A stretch of DNA of 64,000 bases. Source: Felis catus. Lineage: Eukaryota. How positions within the stretch are numbered: the stretch's first letter is position 1; each line of letters opens with the position of its first letter. Shown piece by piece: positions 9,988 to 21,900 of the stretch. A program made the translations under genes and the position numbers. The notes beneath the pieces were generated by a model. It saw only the letters and a program-made list of their open reading frames with translations. It had not been told where the DNA came from and ran no database searches. The stretch lies in contig NC_058382.1 in NCBI RefSeq assembly GCF_018350175.1, forward strand, positions 61,506,001 to 61,570,000. The letters run 5' to 3'.

Positions 9988-12900
9988 GTACCTTTAAAAC
10001 AATTTTTAAGTTTACTTGGTATGCATTAAAACTAACACGTGTCGTATAATGTAAATTAGAAAGCATATAAAGTTACACGATTGTTCCCAGGAGGTGGGAC
10101 ACAGACAAAATACTCAAAGACCTTAATCGAAAGGACTTGATGAAGAGAGCGGACAGGTGAGGACAGAGAGCCCACCAGGGCGGTGCGGAACCTGGCAAGC
10201 CAGGAAAGCCTGAAGGGGAAGGGCATCGATGACACCCCGTCTGCCTGTCTTCTAGGCCCAGACTCCAGGCTCTGCTTCGCACCGGCCGGGGGAGGGAGCA
10301 AAGGTGATGTGGTCTGTAGGCGAGAGCCCCTGGGTGCAGAGTGTCAGGCCGAGTGGGTCTGGGGGGCAAACAGGAAAACCAGCCCAGTGGCCAATGTCCA
10401 GGAGCCCCCGCCCGACCCAGAATTCAGATCTTCCCAGGAGCACTTCTCTCTGTGTCTCCCTGTCCCATCCACCTGCCCCCTGGGGAGTTCTTCCCGAACT
10501 TGATGTTTTTCATTCCACCGCCTTTAAGAAAGCTCTATGCAAATGTGTGTTTATGTATTAAGTACAGTGTTACACCAAGGGTAGGGGGTGGTCACAGGCC
10601 AAAAGAGTCTACATATTCTGTTGTGGAGAACTTAAAAACAATAATAAAGTCATCCCAGAGTTTTCCTCTTTTTTCTTATTACTACATGCTTGCAGTTTTT
10701 TGTTTTTTTTTTTTTCAACGTTTATTTATATTTTTTGGGACAGAGAGAGACAGAGCATGAACGGGGGAGCGGCAGAGAGAGAGGGAGACACAGAATCTGA
10801 AACAGGCTCCAGGCTCCGAGCCATCAGCCCAGAGCCTGACGCGGGGCTCGAACTCACGGACCGCGAGATCGTGACCTGGCTGAAGTCAGACGCTTAATGG
10901 ACTGCGCCACCCAGGCGCCCCGCTTGCAGTTTTTTTAATGTGTATTTTGACAGAGGGAGCACTCGAGGTAGGAGGGGCAGAGAGTGAGAGAAAGAGAAAA
11001 CCCCAAGCAGGCTCCGCTCGGTCAGTGCAGGGCCTGACTCAGGGCTCAGTCTCTTGGTTCCAAGAGATCATGGCCTGAGCCGAAATCAAGAGTCAGACGC
11101 TTAACTGACTGAGCCCCCCAGGCGCCCCCACATGCTGGCAATCATGTCAGTGATAAGGGGCGCCTGGGTGGCTCAGTCAGTTAAGCGTCTGACTGCGGCT
11201 CAGGTCATGGTCTCACGGTTTGTGAGTTCGGGCTCTGTGCTGTCAGTGCACAGCCTGCTTCCGATCTTCTGTGTCTCCCTCTCTCTCTGCCCCTCCCCTG
11301 CTTGTTCTCTGTCTCTCTCAGAATAACTAAATAAACTTAAAAAAAAAAATCTTAAAAAAAAAATTGTCAGTGATAAGATACCCTTCCCAGCAGCACCCTG
11401 CCTGTGGTTACCGGAGCTCTGAAGTGGTCTGGTGTTGTCACTATATGTTGCTTTCTGTAATTTGTTTTGGAAAAAAGAACAACATGTTTTCAAGACTCCT
11501 CTCCATTCCTGGCAGGGCTGTCTGCCCTCCGAGTGTTCTGGATACTTTGTTTATCCACGGCCCGGAACACTCTCCCCTGCCTTTCAGATGGTGCAACCAG
11601 GGCTGTCCCTACGGCCCAGAGTCCCCAAGTGAGTTTGTATCCGCTACCCAGCATTCCAAAGGAGACCTGTTGTTATCAAGTTTGAAAGTATTTACGAGGT
11701 AGATACACACAAACTTTGTACGTGGGGGTCGAATCTGGACTGTTGTGCTGGGGGGCCCAAAAATGAACCATGAGAGCCCCACCCCAGCCACTATGGCAGG
11801 GCGGCCACTTGTGTTAACCCAGATTCTTGCTACTGGCACCGGGGTAAAGCTGGCCTCCTGTGGCTACTGGGAGCCTGTTCAGTTCCTGTAACTCCGGGCA
11901 GGTCGGGCTTAGGTTCTGAGACTCTGGCTGGCTGCCCAGATTTTTCCTTATGGGAAAGTACGGGCTCTTTGCCTTTCAGGGAAAGTTTCCAGGGACCCGG
12001 CTGGGGCACAGAGAAGCTTTTAACAGAGCACCTATCAGATAAGAGGCTCATGTTGGAGTTAACCCTCTAACTCTAGGCCAGCTACGAGGAGAAAGAGGCA
12101 TGGCTGGGTTGCGGTGATACTCTGCACTGCACCGGGGACTGCGGGGGACTTTCCTACTTGGCCCCTTTGTCTGCCTCCATGCGGTAGGGACCAGGGCAGA
12201 GCCGCCCTGGGGTCGGCAGCGTCTCTAGAGCTGAGTGGGCGTGAACCTCCACCATCGCCTCCTTCCTGGCACCTACCTCTGGGCCAGAAAGAACCAGGGG
12301 CAGTTGTAGTCCTGGTGGGTGTTAGGGTACTCTCTGGAGATCTCATGCCACAGAGGACTCCCCTGGCCCTAGCCTTGTGCCCTCCAACTCATGATTTTGG
12401 GTGGTGACTTAAGAGCTGGGTCTGTGACCCTCGCCTGCGTAAAGCAGAGATAGGACCGCCTCCAAGTGGGGCTGGGGGCGGCGGAGACGGGTGTTGACTT
12501 TGGGCTGGAACTTTGCTCCATGGGAGCCTTGTTCTTCCTAACAGGTCCGCCCCTCCCCCCACGCTGGCCCCCTCCCGGCTCAGGGTGTTTCCTGAGGCAC
12601 TTCTGCAGGACCGAGAAGGCTGTCTTGCCCGCGTCTCCTGCCCAACCTTGGCTCCCTGTGTGTCCTCCTCCAGCTCTGCTTGGGCTGCCCCCACCCTCCG
12701 GGCCCCAGGCGGTGGCAATGCAGGAAGTGAGAGGAGATGTCAGAGGGCCCCCCACACCCTCAGGCCCAGTGGACTTGGGGGTGGAAGGTGAGGGCGGGGC
12801 TCCACGAGCCACCAAGAGGCCTTCCGTCTTGGCATCGGCCGCCAGCAGATCCCCAGTCCTAAGTCCAACTTTGCCCGCTGCCAGCAGTGCCCGGAGGTCC

Positions 12901-15900
12901 TGTGCCTCCCTCCTTACCTAGAAAGCAGCCATTGTCTTGTGAGTTATGTTGTCCCCTAGGTGAGCAACAAAGGGCTCAGAGTAGTTAATGACATGAGAAG
13001 AGCCACTGTCATTTTGTATCCTTGTCGTAAAGGGAGGATGTCGAAATACGAAAGCCGTGCGGAGCAGAAGCGGGGACCCTGGAGGTGCCCGCGTCCTCTG
13101 TGTTCAGCTGCTTGTGGCGCTTTGCTGTGCGAACCGATCCGACCTTTTCAGGGCTGTGTTCCTGTGAGCAGGGAGTGTCAGGTGCGGATGGCATTTGAAC
13201 AGATAAACGAGTGACAGTTGGCAGATGCCCTCCAGAGAACACAGATTCCCCAGTTACTAATGGTGGTCCGTGAAAGTAGGGTTTCCTGCCGAGTAAAATT
13301 GAGAAGTGCTGAGTGAAGAGGTCTCCCTACTGCAAGACTCACACATTTTTTAATGTGCTAATACGCTTTTAAAAGAATTAATTATGGGGCACCTGGGTGG
13401 CTCAGTGGGTTAAGCGGCCGACTTCAGCTCAGGTCATGATCTCGCGGTCTGTGAGTTCGAGCCCCACGTCAGGCTCTGTGCTGACAGCTCGGAGCCTGGA
13501 GCCTGCTTCAGATTCTGTGTCTCCCTCTCTCTCTGACCCTCCCCTGTTTATGCTCTCTCTCTGTCTCAAAAATAAATAAGTGTTAAAAAAAAATTTTAAA
13601 AAAGAATTAATTATGGAGAATTTCAAGCACTCACAAACAGTAGCATTGTGGGCCCCAGCCATGCCTGGCTGGGCTCCTGCAGTCACTGTGACACTTGTTT
13701 CGGGGGTAGCCCCTCCTTCTCCCCTCCTTCTCCCCTCCTTCTCCCCTCCTTCTCCCCTCCTTCTCCCCTCCTTCGCCCAGGTGCCAGTATTGTTTTGTTC
13801 TTTTCTTTTTCAGGTTACATTTATACACATTGAATTTATGTGGAGTTTAAAATATTTTGAAGTGAGAGGATGCCGTTTTTCATGAGTTCAAGTGTCAATA
13901 CTTTAAAATTTGTAGATAACTATTCTAGCAGCATTTATTAAGGATGCTAACCTTGTCCTCTGATTTAAAATGTACTGGTACATTGGGGCGCCCGGGTGGC
14001 TCAGTCGGTTAGGCGTCCAGCTTCAGCTCAGGTCATGATCTCACGGTCCGTGAGTTCGAGCCCCGGTCAGGCTCTGTGCTGTCAGTTCAGAGCCTTGAGC
14101 CTGCTTCGGATTCTGTGTCTCCCTCTCTCTGTGCCCCTCCCCCACTCATGCTCCCTCTGTATCAAAAAATGTATAAATGTTGGGGCGCCTGGGTGGCGCA
14201 GTCGGTTAAGCGTCCGACTTCAGCCAGGTCACGATCTCGCGGTCCGTGAGTTCGAGCCCCGCGTCGGGCTCTGGGCTGATGGCTCGGAGCTTGGAGCCTG
14301 TTTCGGATTCTGTGTCTCCCTCTCTCTCTGCCCCTCCCCTGTCCATGCTCTGTCTCTCTCTGTCCCAAAAAAAAAAAAAAAAAAAAAAAAAACGTTGAAA
14401 AAAAAAATGTATAAATGTTAAAAAAATTTTTTTTCAAATTAAAAAAAATAAAATATACTGGTACGTTACATTAAAAGCTAATATTTAATTAGATTGTCTA
14501 TTTATTTAAATACTTATTTTTGAGAGAGAGGGAGCACAGGAAGGGAAGGGGCAGAGAAAGAGGGAGAGAGAGAACTCCAAGCAGCCTCTGCGCTGTCAGC
14601 TCAGAGCCCGACGCGGGGCTCGAACTCACGAACCCACGAGATCTTGCCTTGAGCCAAGATCAAGAGTGGGGCCCTCAACCGGCTGAGCGACCCCGGTGCC
14701 CCAGGTTGTGTATTTTTCAGATCACATTGACTGGGGTTTACTTTGCGTTCAGTGAGCTTGATTAGTTCTGGCAAACACAGTACACACCGTGTCCCCGGTA
14801 CCATTGGCTCAGAAGCTCCTGTGTCCCTTCCAGTCCCCACCTCAGCACTCAGCTGCCCTGCCTTCTGTGGCTGCAGATCAGCCTCACCTAGAGTTTTGTG
14901 TAAATGGAAGCACGCAGCCAGGAGGCTTTGGTTCCTCTGCTCTGTGTTTACCGTGGGTGTAGACGAGCATGTGCGGTTTGATCCGCCGGGCCTCTGCCCG
15001 GTACCCCGCTGTGAGGATGGGTCGGCTTTGGTCGCCATCTGCCAGTTGAAGACATTCAGACATCCCAGGTTTGGGTGCTTGGGCCTTTCTAGGACCAGCC
15101 CTGTGTGGATGTGTCTTTCCTTCTTCCTGCTTAGACTCCTCCTTAGACTCCCTCCTGGGAGAGGAGTGGCCCTCGCTTCTCGCGGTGACGGCATGTTTGA
15201 TTGTAAGACCTGACCGGCTTGCCCACCTGCTTCCCACAGGGGCTGTGCTGTTGGGGGAGCGGCTCGGCCGTCGTGGGCGTGTCAGCTTGGCTCCTGGCAC
15301 ATGGCTGTGTGGCCGGCTGGCTGTTAGAGGCTGTGCTGTGCTGTCACCTTGGGCGGGTTGTCCCATGATCCCTGTGGCTGCTCTCCTCCCCCTGCCCCCC
15401 CCCCCCCGCACCATCCTGTATCAACCCCCTGCCCCCACCCCCCATGACGCTCTGGGCCCCTGTCCTGCAGATGGTGCAGTCCCTGGGCTTTGCCATTTAC
15501 CGCGCGCTGGACTGGGGCCTGGACGACAGCCAGGAGCGAGAGCTGAGCCCACAGCTGGAGCGGCTCATCGACCTCATGGCCAACAACGACTGTGAGGACG
15601 GCGGCTGCGGGGCTGCGGATGAAGGCTACGGGGGCCCGGAGGAGGAAGAGGAGGCGGAGGGCGGCCCCCGCGCCGTGCGCACCTTCGCCCAGGCCATGCG
15701 GCTCTGTGCGGCGCGCCTGACGGACCCACGGGGCGCCCAGGCGCACTACCAGGCCGTGTGCCGCGCCCTCTTTGTGGAGACGCTGGAGCTGCGGGCCTTC
15801 CTGGCCAGGGTCCGGGAGGCCAAGGAGGTGACTGGGAGAGCACGTGCTAAGGAGGGGCGGGGGGTGGGGGGGGGCTTCCCGTGGGGGGGCTCCCTGAAGG

Positions 15901-18900
15901 CCAGGGGTGGAGCAGGTGGAGGGGCAGCGGGGCACGAGCCAGGGGCCTCCCCAGGTGGTGCGCAAGTGGGAGGAATCACAGGAAAGGGGGAAGAGGCCAC
16001 TGAGGTACCTTTGTGGCCCTCTTCACCCCCCCCCCCCCCAACGCACTGGTCCCTCTGTCTCTTCAAAGGAAGTGGAAGTCCTCAGTGCAGGACTCTGAAT
16101 AAACTGGCCTCACTGTCTGCACTCAGTGTGGACACCGTCCTAGGTGCTCTGCAGGTTTTAACTCAGCCCTCACACCTACTTCGTAACCGGTTTCGCACAG
16201 GAAGGGGCTAAGGCTCAGAGACGTTAAGGAACCTGCTCCCAGCCTCTGGCCCCGGGCCCTTCTTCCTGTTGCCTCCTCATGTTTATATCTTCCCATGGGG
16301 CTGGCTGTCCTCCCCTGTGCTGGTTTCTTCTGGAAACGGGTGCTAACTGGCACCGCTTCCTGTAGCTCAGTGCACCCAGGTGTTTGGAGTTTGGGAGAGG
16401 TAGGAAGTTCAGTGACAGTTGCCTTTTGCAGATAAGCAAACGGAGGCTCCGAAAGGTGTCCCCTTGTCCCAAGCCAGAGCTAGTACAGGCAGAGCTGGGG
16501 TCTCCCCAGGCCTGTCCTGTCTCTTCGTGGTCTCAGAATTAGTAGCTGACAGTCTTTCTTCAACTTTCCAGCTTTCCCCTTGGTGGGACCTGACCTGTTT
16601 CCTCGAAGCAGGGGTCTTGGCACAGGGACTCCTGCCTCCCATCAGCAGTCACGAATGAGAAACTGCAGACTTTGTAGAGGTCAGGGCAATGGCAGAAGCT
16701 TTTTGAAATTGACTGATGCTGGTCCCTGGTTCCACCCTGACCAACTTCCCCGAAGCTCTGGGCCTGAGTAGGTTCTCAGGATTGTTCTGATTGATGGGGC
16801 CTGGGACCCAGCCTGGGACAAGTCAGAGATGTGCTTGCACCACTGGGCCCTTATCTGCAGCCCAGTTGATGGCCCAAGGGTGGGTAGTTCCTCTGCCCAC
16901 TCCCCATCTCCCCTCCCCACTCCTCCTTGGCATCTTGGAGATGTTCTTCTTCTTCTTTTTTTTTTTTTTTTTTAAGTTTATTTATTTTTGACAGAGAGAG
17001 GGAGCATGAGTTAGGGAGGGGCAGAGAGAGAGGGAGACACAGAATCTGAAACAGGCTCCAGGCTCCGAGCTGTCAGCACAGAGCCTGACGCGGGGCTCGA
17101 GCCCATGAACCATGAGATCGTGACCTGAGCCTAAGTCGGAGGCTCAACCGACTGAGCCACCCAGGCACCCCTTGGAGATGTTCTTCTTTTTTTTTTTTTT
17201 AATTTTTTTTTCCAACGTTTATTTATTTTTGGGACAGAGAGAGACAGAGCATGAACGGGGGAGGGGCAGAGAGAGAGGGAGACACAGAATCGGAAACAGG
17301 CTCCAGGCTCTGAGCCATCAGCCCAGAGCCTGACGCGGGGCTCGAACCCACGGACCACGAGATCGTGACCTGGCTGAAGTCGGACGCTTAACTGATTGCG
17401 CCACCCAGGCGCCCCACGGAGATGTTCTTCTAATGCACCAATTAGTGGATGGGTCTTTTTTTTAAACGTTTGTTTATTTTTGAGAGGGAGGGAGAGAGAA
17501 AGAGTGCGAGCGGGGGAGGAGCAGAAAAAGAGGGAGACACAGAATCCGAAGCAGCTCCAGGCTCTGAGCTGTCAGCACAGAGCCCGATGTGGAGCTCAAA
17601 CCCACAAACTGAGAGATCATGACCGAGCTGAAGTCAGATGCTTAACCAACTGAGCCACCCAGGCACCCCCAGATGGGTCTTAATGCTTTTGTCTTTCTTG
17701 CTCTGAAGTCACCTGCTCTGTTGCTAAGATCAATTCCTTATGCAGACAATAGAAGCTCTTTCTTTAGCAGGAGCAAACATCTCTAGACTTCCAAGTGATT
17801 GACCCAGGAGATGTCCAGGGAGTTGGTAGTGTCAGGGAGTGAGAGGAGGGTCTGTCGGTGGGACACATCTGGACTGGCATTTTAGGAAGAAACAGCCTGT
17901 TCAGGGACAGGGGTAGAAACTACAGGAGGGATGAGAGTCCCACCCTTCATGCCCTTCGCCACAGGGACTGCCACATCACGCACAGGTCTATTTTTAGAAT
18001 TACACACCTTGTGCCGCTCTGAGACTTGGCAGCATTTTCTAGAGCGTCCCAAAGCAGTTTAGCAAGTAGCTTGGGGTGAAAGCCAGGGTAACCGGTTCTG
18101 TCTTAGTTGGGGGGATGGGGTGGGAGCTGTGTGCTAAAGGTTAGATGCTTCTCTAGGGTAGGAGAGTTGGTGAGGACAGAGGCTCCAGCTGCTGCCAAGA
18201 TCCAGGGCAATGAAGGCAGTGAATGTAGCAGCTTCCCAAATTTTCAGCACAGAACAGTTACCTGACAACCCTTGATGTCCTTCTTTGGCCCTCACCACGA
18301 TGGCGGCATTTCCCCCACGTCATGAAATACGTACCCATGTCTGTTTCCCAGGACTTGCTGAGTAACTCACCCTCTTACCCTTATGCCCATCCATCCACCC
18401 ATTCAGCTGTCCGTCCACACACCCACCCATCTATCCAGCCATCCATTCATTCTTTCAACCGTTATTTAAGACCTCGCGTCCATCATGCTGTGCTAGGAGC
18501 AGAAATACTAAGGTGAGAAAAAACCAGAAACATAAACAAGGTTCTGGCCTTCTGGAGCCAATAGTACAGACAACAGTCAAAGAAACAGATAAGTGTAAAA
18601 CTCCAGCTGGGATCACGTGTCGAGAAGCGACCGTGGGTGCTCTAAGAGGGTGGGTGTGTATGTGCCCTGGGAGCTGGATCTGAAGGAAGACTGGGAACAC
18701 TTCACAGATGGGGGAGAACAGGGCTTTCCCCTGCGTCCGCCGTCTCAGGAGGACACAGTGCCTCACTGGGCTGTGTGGATCAGGTGAGAGAAGGGTGCAG
18801 GTTCTTTTGCAAACCAGAAAGTTCTGTGTGGGTGCCAGGCGAGTGTTCTACTCTCACCCTTGCCCTTGCCCAGGAGAAGCTGCCAGAGACAGCTGACGGG

Positions 18901-21900
18901 ATACCAAGTGTCCCATGTGGTTCCAAAGCTAATGGTTTGGTTTCTCTAGATCCTTCTGAGCCCAAAGCCTTGGCCAAAATGGCCGCTTGTCCCTTTTCCA
19001 GCTGGTGGAATAGTAGTGCATTGGGAAGGAAATGTCCCCAGACGGACAGACCTGCAGGGGCCCATATCCCCGCGGCTACCATTCTCTTACCTTCTCTTGG
19101 ACGCGCAGATGCTGCAGAAGCTTCGGGACGATGAACTGCAGGTAGAGAAGCCTCTGGCGGAGCTTGACAACCTGGGACACACAGACTGGGTAAGATGTGG
19201 CTCCGCTCCTGACCCGGAGCACTGGGCTCAGCCCCCACACCCCGGGGTCTGTGCCTGGAGGGCCTGGGGCGGCCCTGCTGGAGCTAAGGGCCGTTTTCGT
19301 CTTCTCGGGGGCCCAGGCCCGGCTGTGGGTCCAGCTCATGCGGGAGCTCCGCCATGGAGTGAAGCTGAAGAAGGTGCAGGAGCGAGAGTTCAACCCCTTG
19401 CCCACCGAGTTCCAGCTCACCCCCTTCGAGATGTTGATGCAGGACATCCGCGCCAGGAACTATAAGCTGCGCAAGGTCATGGTGAGCTGGTGGGGGAGGG
19501 GCCTGCCAGCGGCCTTCTGCCCGCTTGTGGCTACTGAGCCGGGTGTTTAAATGTGCACAGGCGGACGTGGCCCTTATTCCCATAACTCACTGGGCACAGT
19601 GTGACATCAGGGACACGGTGTGACAAGGGCAGGGAGGGAGAGGGGATGCATGGAGGGTTCCAGAGGACCAGCGGCAGGAGTTGAGGCTGCGAGTTGCCCC
19701 ATCTTATGTTTACACGGCTCTTGCCTTGTGCTGGCTGCACTCGACAAATTAAAAAACTTTTTTTAACGTTTATTATTTACTTTTGAGAGAGAGAGAGAGA
19801 GAGCAGGGGAGGGGCAGAAAGAGAGGCAGACGCAGAATCCGAAGCAGGCTCCAGGCTCCGAGCTGTCAGCACAGAGCCTGACGCGGGGCTTGAACCCACG
19901 AACCATGAGATCGTGACCCGAGCCGAAGTCAGACGCTTAGCTGACTGAGCCTCCCAGGCGCCCCTCACTTGACAAATTCTCAATGTGCCAGTTATTCCAT
20001 TCTTTTGGTGACCCTGTCTGGGGTGTCACTGGCCTTCATTTCCACGTGAAGAATGGAACACGGCGGTGCCACTGCTGCCCTTACGCCTGCCACGCAGCCC
20101 CTGACGGGAGGGCTGGCGTGAGGCCCTGGCCCTGCTCGGGGCTGAGGGAGCCCTCCCACGGCCCCAGCCCATGTGAGTATCAAGCCCTTAGCCTTGGTCT
20201 TCTCCCCATCCTCCCCAACAGGTCGATGGAGATATCCCTCCCAGGGTGAAGAAGGATGCCCATGAACTCATCCTGGACTTCATCCGCTCCCGGCCTCCGC
20301 TGAAACAGGTACCAGCTGTGCGTGGCCTCCACTCTTGGCCTCCCCTCCCCCAGGGCAGAGTGGAGTCTCCACGGAGGGAGGCGCTGGCAGGCTGGTCCCG
20401 AGATGGACCTGCCCCAAGAGCACATAGGGCACCTTCCCGTCTGCCCCCTCCTAGCCGGCTACTGATAGGCGTGGCTGTATCCCAGGGTTCCTCCCCGCTC
20501 CATTGTGTCCGTGCCACCCCCTTCCCTCACGGAGCCATACTCCCTCCAGGTCTCAGAGAGAAGGCTTCGCCCCTTACCCCAAAAGCAGAGGACCCTGCAT
20601 GAGAAGATCCTGGAGGAGATCAAGCAGGAGCGGAGGCTGCGCCCGGTGGGGGCCGAGCGCTGGCGTGGCCGGGGTGAGCATGGGATACCTCCCCCGCCTC
20701 CCCCCTCCCCCCTCCCCCCCCTCACTGTCCTGTCCTGCCCTACCTCCCTGCCTCCCCCAGGGTTTGGCTCTCTGCCCTGCATCCTCAATGCCTGTTCTGG
20801 GGACACCAAGTCCCCTTCCTGCATCAACCTGTCTGTCATGGACGCCGGGAACAACACCCAACGCCCACGGCCCCGGGTCCTGCTCAAGGCGCCCACCTTG
20901 GCTGAGATGGAGGAGATGAACACATCTGAGGTCAGAGCCCACAGGGTCCTGGAAAGAGGCCAGGGGGGAGGAGGAGGAGGAGGGCAAGTGAGAAGGGCTG
21001 AGGGCAGCACTCTTCTTTGGAGCTGCCGTCCTGCTGTGGGGCTGGGTCTGTCCCGAGAGCAAACATGGTGGGACTTGGGAACACTTCCCCATCTTGGTGG
21101 CGCAGACGGGTGACTGGAACGGTGGCCTTGGGCCACCTATTCCCATAGTGCAAAAAGGGCTGGAGTGGGCGTGTTTCATCATCTTGGGGCTGGGAAGCTG
21201 AGCAGCCCCCTGGCTGATGTGAAAAGCCGGTGTGTCTCATTGTGGCCCTCTGTCATCCCCTCACTGCCCGCTGAGCTCAGGGAGACCTAGGGCAGTAGCT
21301 CTCTTGGTGGGCCGCACCTGACACCAGACCTGTCACCTTCAGGACTTTCCACAGGCCTCAGCGAAGGGGTTGGTTTTCGAGGTACTTGCCTTCCACTATG
21401 CTAGAGGGTAGTCAGGCTGGGCAGTGAGTAGAGGATGACCCCATGGCCTCAGTGGGTCCAGCAGCACCCCCTGTGTCCTATGCCTCAGTCCAGGGACAGG
21501 CAGGAGGCGCTGGTGGTCAGGGCTGGGTCTGGTGTGTCCACAGGAGGAAGAGTCTCCGTGTGGGGAGGTGACACTGAAGCGGGACCGCTCTTTCTCGGAG
21601 CATGACCTGGTCCAGCTCCGGAGCGAAGTGGCCTCTGGCCTGCAGCCAGGCACTCAGCCCCAAGGAGGGTTGGAATCATCCCGGCCCCGCACGGGCAGCA
21701 TGCACGCCTGGAGGCCAAGCACCCAGGAGCAGGGCAAGTGGTGGCTCTCACCCCCTTCTCCCTTGACTCTATTCTGTGGGCACCATGTCCTGGCCTGGTC
21801 CCATTGTCTTCCTGAGGAGGCAGCGTCCAGAGGGTATAGGGAGGTCATACCTGCAAGAAGGGTGTTTAAAGTTCAAGCCCGGACTTACCTCATTGCCTCA

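Noticed and set aside
10700..10897. Recurrent ORFs of the types [16 protein letters not shown]... and ...[14 protein letters not shown]...
   Set aside because: They are translations of SINEC bodies, not a protein family.
11157..11230. tRNA-like A/B-box sequences
   Set aside because: They are tRNA-derived SINE heads with (CT)n and A-tails, not tRNA genes.
15324..15965. 213-aa antisense ORF over SPIRE2 exon 3 (similarly 20459-21136 and 58769-59404)
   Set aside because: Shadow ORFs of GC-rich coding exons.
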